DNA from: Octopus vulgaris
Lineage: Eukaryota
Length of the DNA: 64,000 bases
Assembly (NCBI GenBank): GCA_951406725.2
Contig: OX597824.1
Coordinates: forward strand, 57,226,001 to 57,290,000
Direction of reading: 5' to 3'
The notes under the pieces were generated by a model. It was not told the origin of the DNA and did no database searches. It was given only the letters and a program-made list of their open reading frames with translations. This document shows positions 56,345 to 64,000 of this stretch, in pieces. The position numbers and the translations under genes were made by a program. Within the stretch, counting starts at the first letter, position 1. Each line of letters starts with the position of its first letter.

Positions 56345-57930
56345 ATTGTACTCCCCGTGGTTTCTGTTATAACTATCACATTTAAATTATATTATCAAAG
56401 CTGGAATCTCTCCGATTCCAGACAGTGATGTGGCTTTATGAGAAAGTGTTGTGGTCAGGTTGGAGTCAAGAATTCTTCATCATCAGTTGACCGCCAAAAC
56501 GGAACCATTAAATCAAAACTTTAGATTCCCAACAATCTTTAATTACACAATAAACAGAAAGAAAATGTCGTAAACTTCACAAAAAAAGATTTTGCATGCC
56601 AAAAGTTTTTTTTATGTACTGTTGTGGGAGTGATAATGGCACTAATGGTGGTCGTTGTGGCAGTGGCGGTGGTGGTGACAATTGTAGTTGTGGTGGTGGC
56701 AATCGTATTATAGTTTTGATGTCATTGTTGTGCTTGATAGTGTTGTGATTGTGGTCCTGTTGTTATTACTGCCGTTGTTGTTTTTATTATTATAAATGTG
56801 TCTTGTTGTTTGTGGCGTTGATGGTGCTACTTTGTTAATGGTAGCAGATGTCTTAATGGTGTATCATGATGGGATAATTATCCATGTGGTGTGGTTGTTA
56901 TTTGAACCCAGGACCTTCCTGTTGGTCGCGTACTGGCTGCAAATCCTGCTGAGCTTAACTTAGCTTTCATCACTCCAAAATCGACAAAATAAAGTACTTG
57001 TCAGATACTGAGATCAATGGTAACCCTTCCCTTTCAGGGCCGATAATATAATTACTATTCTAGCACTTGGGTGTATATAATCAATTAGGCACCTCCACTT
57101 CCAAAATGTTAGGCTACGTGCACATAGTTTAAAGGATTATCTTTATTCTACTATCATACTTAGTATAGAGGTGAGGATGTTGCAACGTGGTTATGTTAGT
57201 ACCACAGGTAATGGTAGATGTCGTGACAATTGTAGATAAGGTAAAGTTGGGGTTTGTGGTGTTATTGGTTGTGATGGTGATACTAATTCTCGTAGTGTTA
57301 GTGATGGGCTGGTAGTAGTAGGAGGTGATTTTGGTGGTCGTGATGGTATTTCTTCCTGTACATTAATCAATGATTGCATTTAGACCATCAGAACCGTCAG
57401 CTGATTCCCTCGGAAAAGTTGCCTTCCCCCACAACAAGAAGCTCAACAGCCACAAGTACTACTACAAACGCCGCTCATCTACTCGAATAGATATCTACTC
57501 GTATAGATATCTACTCGCATGTATTCTTATTTATCTACTTGTTGTAGATAGATAATATTCACCATCTATTTACTCGTATGTATTCATACACAGATCTACC
57601 TGTATACACACATTTGTCAACCTGTATACACACACATAAATACGCGCACGCGCATACACACACACGTGTATATGTACCTAAATATGTATCCATCTACCTA
57701 TGTATGTATGTATATATATATATATACATATAATATATAAATATATGCATATATACATACATATATGTACATATCTACATATATATGTATATATACATGC
57801 ATATATGGGTACATGACATAAAAAAAAACGTTGGACACAATGAGAAACGAAAACAGAAAACGAACTGTTTTTCGAATAACGAAAAAAACAAACAAACAGA
57901 GAAACGAGACATGCAACATAAAGAGTATTT

Positions 57931-57990
57931 CCCTTCATCAGTTGTCCATGTTTCATTTACTCCGCGTTACGAAGGCAAGGACGATACGCG
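57931..57990 (-). ncRNA. Candidate permuted hammerhead, copy 4 (GAAA mutated to GUAA)
   Basis: CGCGUA^ UCGUCC uug cCUUC GUAACGCG ... GGACAA CUGAUGA a GGG. Confidence 0.55.
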
Positions 57991-58370
57991 ACTTCGTTGA
58001 AACAGTCCTTCCCGCAATCCTTTCTGGTTTTCTCTCCCACCCTTCCCTATTCTTTTCCTCTCCTCTTCACCATTCCCTCTTTCTCACTCTTCCTCCTTGA
58101 CGCTCTCGTCGCTGACACGTGATGAAAAGGAATCTATCTTTCAGCTCATTCCTTTCCTAAAGACAACACGTGCTTACACCTGTCTCCTCTCATAAGATCG
58201 TCTTCCTAGTGTTCATAATACTTTTTCTATCGTCTTGGCTTTACAGCCCTCACTGTTTGTTTTTACTGTCATGTTCTCACTGTTCTGTTCTTGTTATCAC
58301 TTTCACCCTCCGCAAAAAATCCCAAATTTTAATTTAATTTGCTTTGCGGGAAGGACTGTTTCAACGAAGT

Positions 58371-58431
58371 TGCGTATTGTCCTTGCCTTCATAACGCGGA
58401 GTAGATGAAACAGGGACAACTGATGAAGGGG
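58371..58431 (+). ncRNA. Candidate permuted hammerhead, copy 5 (GAAA mutated to AUAA)
   Basis: UGCGUA^ UUGUCC uug cCUUC AUAACGCG ... GGACAA CUGAUGA a GGGG. Confidence 0.55.
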
Positions 58432-58829
58432 AATATTCTTTATGTTGCATGTCTCGCTTCTCAGTTTTTTGCGTTATTCTAAAAAATGTTCGTTTTCTAT
58501 GCTTTTGTTTTAATGTTTTCGTTTCTCATTGTGTTCAACGATTTTTTGATGTCCTGTACCCATATATGCATGTATATATGTATATATATGTAGGTATGTA
58601 CATATATGTATGTATGTATATATGCATATATTTATATGTTATTTATATTATTATATGATCGAACGCCACGCATCCTTTTCCAAGTAATATATATATAAAT
58701 TAGAAAAAAGCACCTTTTTTGAATTATACCATTTAGCAAAATAACATATTATAGAAAGATTAAGTTAAACATATAACGATGATTAAGTAATGTGCAAAAT
58801 AATAAATAAAACGTATATATTTGGTAGAA

Positions 58830-58935
58830 TAGTGATACGTGTTTCGTGGCCATATTTAACAAATGATAATAGTAAAAATAATAGTAGTAGTAGTAAAATC
58901 ACTTCGATATAAATATAGCCACTCTTCAGGTTAAA
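58830..58935 (-). ncRNA. Type I hammerhead motif with decayed stem I
   Basis: CUGAAGA GUGGCUAUAUUU/AAAUAUGGCCAC GAAAC ACGU AUC. Confidence 0.6.
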
Positions 58936-59056
58936 GATAACAACAATGATAAAATAATTAATTAGATAAATTAATAAATATACGTAAATAATCTTGTAAA
59001 ATACGAAATATCTTAACAAATATATTCTTGTTTATAAAATAAGATACAATTATATA

Positions 59057-60640
59057 TAAACTTAGATAAACTTAGATATGTTTCGACCAAAGATTGGTCC
59101 AGGCCATGTCTAACTTAATAGCACCACCTGATAGGATTATTCGAATCCTGTTTAAGTCAAGTTTTGTTTAAGTCAAGTTTTATTCAAGTAGTGAGTTCTT
59201 GTTGGGTGAGTTGTATCTAATTATGGGTGGCTTATCTGGTATTCTTTGAAGGAATCTATCCAGACTCTGTTTAAAGTTGATGGGATCCTTTTCCTCTTTG
59301 ATCTCCCTCGGGACAATGTTAAATAGGGCAGGGCCTGTTGAGGAAAAGAAATTATGTTGCAGTGTACATGTATGTTGTGATCTTGAATTGGGCAGGGGAC
59401 GTATAGCCCGTGGTCCAAGTCTTGGATGAACCTTGAAGCTAATGTTTAGGTCGTTTGGGCAAAGTTGGCGGTATATTTTCCACATCGTACAAATGATGTA
59501 CCGCTCACGGCGATGCTGGAGGGAGTAAAGTTTCAAGGCTTTAAGGCGATCCCAATAATCAAGAGCAGCCATGCCTTCAATTTGTTTAGTGAGTGCCCTC
59601 TGGGGTGACTCAATTCTGGAGATGTTTTGTCTTGTGTGAGGAGACCACAGTGGGCAGCAGTATTCAAGGTGTGGCCGTACAAAGGAGGAGAAAAGTGGTA
59701 TGATGACACCTTGTTCTCTGGACCGGAAAGTTCTTAAGATCCAGGAACTCATCCTACGAGCTATATCGACCTTCTTGTTGATGTGTGCACTCCAACTGAG
59801 ATCGTCATCAACAATTACACCCAGGTCTCTGATATTGTTAGAGGCTGTGAGCGGTTCCCCTGAAGGAAGAGAGTATGGTTGTTTTAGTGAGGAATTTCTC
59901 CAAAATGCATCAGCTCAAATTTTCCCTCATTCAGTTGCATTTTGTTTCTGTCTGCCCATTGACTTACAGCATATAGATCAGACTGGAGTTGAGTTCGGTC
60001 TGCTTCTTCATTGACGATTTGCTGGAGCTTAGTCTCATCAGCAAATATTTTCACTTTGCAGTAATGTACGACACTGGAAAGGTCGTTTACGTAAATTATG
60101 AAGAGTAGCGGACCCAAAACAGTTCCCTGGGGAACACCGCTGGTGACTTTTGCTGGGTTTGAGTGGACTCCATCAACTACAACATGTTGTGTTCTATTCG
60201 CCAGGAAATACTTAATCCAGTGTAGAACTTTTCCACGGATTCCAACGTTTGCCAATTTTGAGAGTAGGATGTTATGGTCTACTCTATCGAACGCTTTACT
60301 GAAGTCAAGATATATGACGTCAGAGTTCGAACCTGTTCCCAAGGCTTTGAGTACATCTTCAATGTGGTGTAAGAGCTGTGTTAGACAGTCCCTGCCACAG
60401 CGAAAGCCATGCTGATTTGCATTTAGGAGTTTGTGGGTCTCCAGGAAGTCAGCTATCCTTGATCTTAACACTCTTTCAAACACTTTAATGATGTGGGAGG
60501 TGAGTGAGATTGGGCGATAGTTGACTGCGAGGGATCTGTTTCCCTGTTTGAAAACCGGGATGACCGACTGGGATAGAAACTGTTTCGGTATATAACCTGC
60601 GTCTAACGAATTTCTCCAGAGGTTGGTCAGAGGGACTGCA
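59057..60640 (-). mobile_element. 5'-truncated CR1/Jockey-group LINE (RT and 3' tail)
   Basis: YRPISLTS, YLDFSKAFD, GVPQGTVLGPLLF, FADET, RPHLEYC; tandem tail (TCTAAGTTTA)2. Confidence 0.92.
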
Positions 60641-60644
60641 AGTA

Positions 60645-61640
60645 TGGATGAAATGAACAGGCTTAAATCCAAAATACAGCAGTTGTTTCTGCGCATGAGT
60701 AACAACTGTTAACCTGTTAGTTGTTGAATGTTTCACATAGTATACATATTATTACATAAATTCTATATGAAATGTTCCAGAAATACCTGTGTTCTCGCAC
60801 CGCTGGATAACCATTGTTTTGTATCCACATTCTATTTTTAACATTCCTTTGGTAATGAGAAACACGTAGATTGAAATAGACACAAGTCATAAAAAATACA
60901 AAATAAATTAATGGAAATAAAAACCAAAAATGTAAATTGTAAAATAAACAGACCAAAATTAATCAATGGAGATAAAAATCGAAAGTATAAAATATAAAGT
61001 AACACAATCTCAAATTCAGTATTTCCTTTAGTACAAATATATCTCGCCTTTTATGAAGATAGAGTAACACGCTGAGATAATAATGTTGCCAAAAAATGGA
61101 TTAAAAGAATTTCTTATCCCTTTTGAACGTAAGAGTATTTTACTTCAAAGGACGCAAGGTCACTTATTACTTCAGTTCACGTACACTCGTTTATATTTTG
61201 CCAACATTATTTTCATAAAAGTCAACACATATTTATACTAAAGAAAAGAACGAATTTGAGGTTGTGTTAATTTATATTTTTTACTTTTAATCAATTTCCA
61301 TTAATTAATTTTGGTCCGTTTCATTTATAATTTACATTTTTGATTTTTATTTCTATTAATGTTTTTTTATTTTTTTATGATGACGTGTGTCTGTTTAAAT
61401 AGACGTTAAAGTATACAAAACATGTTAAAATATAGAATATGGGTACAAAACAATAAAAAACTACTGGTTATCCAGCAATGCTCTCAAAGCCACTCACCTG
61501 GTGACGTCCGAGTACACAGCTGTTGTTGGGTTACATCTGCTATGTATAATATGTGAAACGCTCAACCGCTAACAGTTTAACGGCTGTTATTACGGCACAG
61601 AAACAATTGTAATTTTGATTAATGCTTGTTCATTCCATCT
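60645..61640. repeat. Old, diverged ~1-kb foldback centred near 61140
   Basis: For example tttcacatagtatacata / tatgtataatatgtgaaa, aacacaatctcaaattc / gaatttgaggttgtgtt and gctggataacca / tggttatccagc. Confidence 0.8.
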
Positions 61641-62079
61641 TCCTGTATTATAACTTTTTCTGCATACACTAACGGATTTCCACATGTATATCAAGTTAGA
61701 AGGAGTATGCATCTTGTAGACATATAATGTTAAAAGGCATGGATGTATATCAGTAGCAGACAAAAATCATTCAGCAATGATTTTTACCACTTCTCATAGA
61801 CACAAACTTCACCACTTGACGGTAGATCCTACGATCTATCCTTGACCTCTACTACAACTCACCTAGTAGCAATAATACAACACTTAGAAACCTGATTCAA
61901 TAATAACAACCATGATGTTGCATCCTATACTGCTACCAACATGATCACATAATTACGATGATATCCCCTCTCAAACTAGCACCGGTAGTGGTAATATCTT
62001 CGGCACTTCTTTGGGTGGTAACTGACCATACGAATCAGGACTTTGCAGGGATCAATTCCAACCCCAGTAGTGATAGGAA

Positions 62080-62500
62080 AACCTGCAATTTCCGGGTCTC
62101 TCAAATCTTCCACTCGGGAGTTACTGTCTGCACAATAACGTAGTCTATTAATGCCTGATATTAACACCACGCTCCCACCAGGCAAGGGTCTACATTGGCA
62201 ATACAGTCAATTTCAAGCGCCGCAACTGAACCTACATGAATTCTTTCTCTAACTAATCCTCTAAACGTCCTACCTCTTTAGCGACTTACATATAAAACCT
62301 CAGGTTCCATCCATAATATTCTTTATACTCTATCCTGGTCCATTATTTGCGATGCTCACTCGTACAATACTTACCACAGGACTTATAAATTGTGTTTAAG
62401 CGAATCGCTCGCCATTCTCTGCCACTACAACCCCTCATTACACAATAGATTCTCAGATGTAATCTTCTCATGAAAGCACAAATTTTATTCACTGTTTGCC
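62080..62500 (+). pseudogene. Degenerate PLE GIY-YIG endonuclease
   Basis: Manual translation NNVVY*C...RVYIGNTVNFKRR...SLATYI...LSWSII...KLCLSE. Confidence 0.7.
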
Positions 62501-63866
62501 TATTTTGTAAAGTTTGAATAATTCCCCTAATCACGATTCAAACTTAAATTACAACTTAGCCGTGCTAACAGCATAACACCGCTATTTACCCCACCCCTTC
62601 TATATATATTTTTCTCTCTATCGATTCTCTTCGCATATTCCTCCTTACCAAGCATATTCTCCTATCCCACTATCCCATACTCATCCTTCAAATTCCTTCC
62701 CCACCACCTCCTAGCTTCACCCTTAACCTGAACCACTTAGCACTACCTACACCTTGCCACTGTTACCAACCTATCCCTCCCTTTCTCCCCTCCTCTCTCT
62801 CTATTTACTCTCACATCTCTCTTTAGGTTAGTATTTTTCCTCCAACTTTCCAAACTCACTTTTAGTCTTCCAATTTTCCCCTAGTCTCCCTGCCGGCATC
62901 TAGATTCCTTCCCTTCATTTCAGTGCTCGCCTTTCCCTTCTCTCACCGTACTTAATTCCCTTTTACGGTAGCCTTATGCCCCCGCTCTCACAACCCTATT
63001 CCCTACTTCATTCATCTCTTCTCCTTCTAGTTCTATAACCTCCACCATCCCTGATTAATAACATATTTTGTCAACACACCAAACTCCACTCTTTACAATA
63101 CTACCTATCCTAACCCTTTCCATTCATCTCTCGACTCACCACTTCTACTTCTACATCTTTCAATCCCATAGCCACTCACCCCATCTCTGTGCTCTGTCAC
63201 TCCTGCCTCTTCTTACCCTTCATTTGCTTCAACAGTTCCCTCCTCCTGAACTACCAACATCCTCCTTCTACCTAATTCTTTTCGCCCTCTTCTTCTATTC
63301 TACTCTTAAATTCTCTCGAACTATGATTTGAACCGCTAGTTTCCACCCTCAAGACAGAAGCTGGCTTTACGGTAATATTTATATACATCCCTACTGGTTG
63401 CATATCCTTGAGTTTTGCACACTCCAAGTGCCGACATTACAATTATCACATAATTCCGAACCCCCAGGAACAGCTGTCGGATCCGAAATGCCATACCCTT
63501 TTCCATTTGTTTTCTCAATATTTTATGCTCCATGTAAGTCTGTTCTGTAAATATATAAATATCTCAATGCTTCTACACGAGTGTTCATCTGAATATATTC
63601 ATTTTTTATTTCTCTGTATTCACATGTGTATATGTATGTAGCTATATTTTATGTATCGAGCCCAAGTGCGTTTATTTGCATCATTACTTCCATATCAGCT
63701 TACCTCGACTTCTCTTATAGCCAGTCTCTACCTCGTGGACTTAGACTTCGATAGAGATTTTGGAGTGTAAGTTCAAATCATTCGAGCACTACTATGTGTT
63801 TTCTATATTGAGCATCTCTGGATCTCACCTAGTGTTGACCCTCTCTCTGTCTCTCTTTCTCTCTAA

Positions 63867-63900
<34 letters not shown>

Positions 63901-63966
63901 ATAAATGTACATTTATTTTCTCTCTCTTCCTCTCCCTCCCTCTTTCCCACCCTCCCTCCTCCTTCC

Positions 63967-64000
<34 letters not shown>

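Larger units (their letters stand above)
57700..58686. mobile_element. Non-autonomous element with ~300-bp inverted arms (~57700-58017 / ~58345-58640), each with a permuted HHR
   Basis: The arms are reverse complements; 3' end atatgatcgaacgccacgcatcc..ttccaagta is shared with 50652-50686. Confidence 0.8.

Noticed and set aside
59075-59110. GAAACAUAU resembling an HHR strand
   Set aside because: Part of the CR1-like 3' end; no CUGANGA partner
63340-63485. GGAAC AGCU GUC with upstream CUCAAGA
   Set aside because: Both core boxes are mutated and the stems are uncertain; at most an HHR fossil

Overview
AT-rich, microsatellite-dense eukaryotic DNA, probably intergenic or intronic. The repeat families look like those of an octopus or other coleoid cephalopod (inference). 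I cannot support any intact host gene, and most ORF-track entries are translated microsatellites. The window is a graveyard of mobile elements: R4/Dong-type LINEs in (AAT)n, Neptune-type Penelope-like elements (PLEs) and their non-autonomous derivatives in (TA)n, RTE and CR1-like LINEs, mariner and DD37D maT transposons, Helitron/Helentron derivatives and several tRNA-type SINE families. Reading by eye reveals about 20 hammerhead ribozyme (HHR) motifs. Five of them (31406, 50473, 54830, 57931, 58371) have the three core strands in reverse cyclic order, which is not type I, II or III, and show compensatory changes in stems I and III. This candidate non-circularly permuted HHR family in a dispersed non-autonomous retroelement is the main finding. 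All ribozyme calls are manual folds and are untested.
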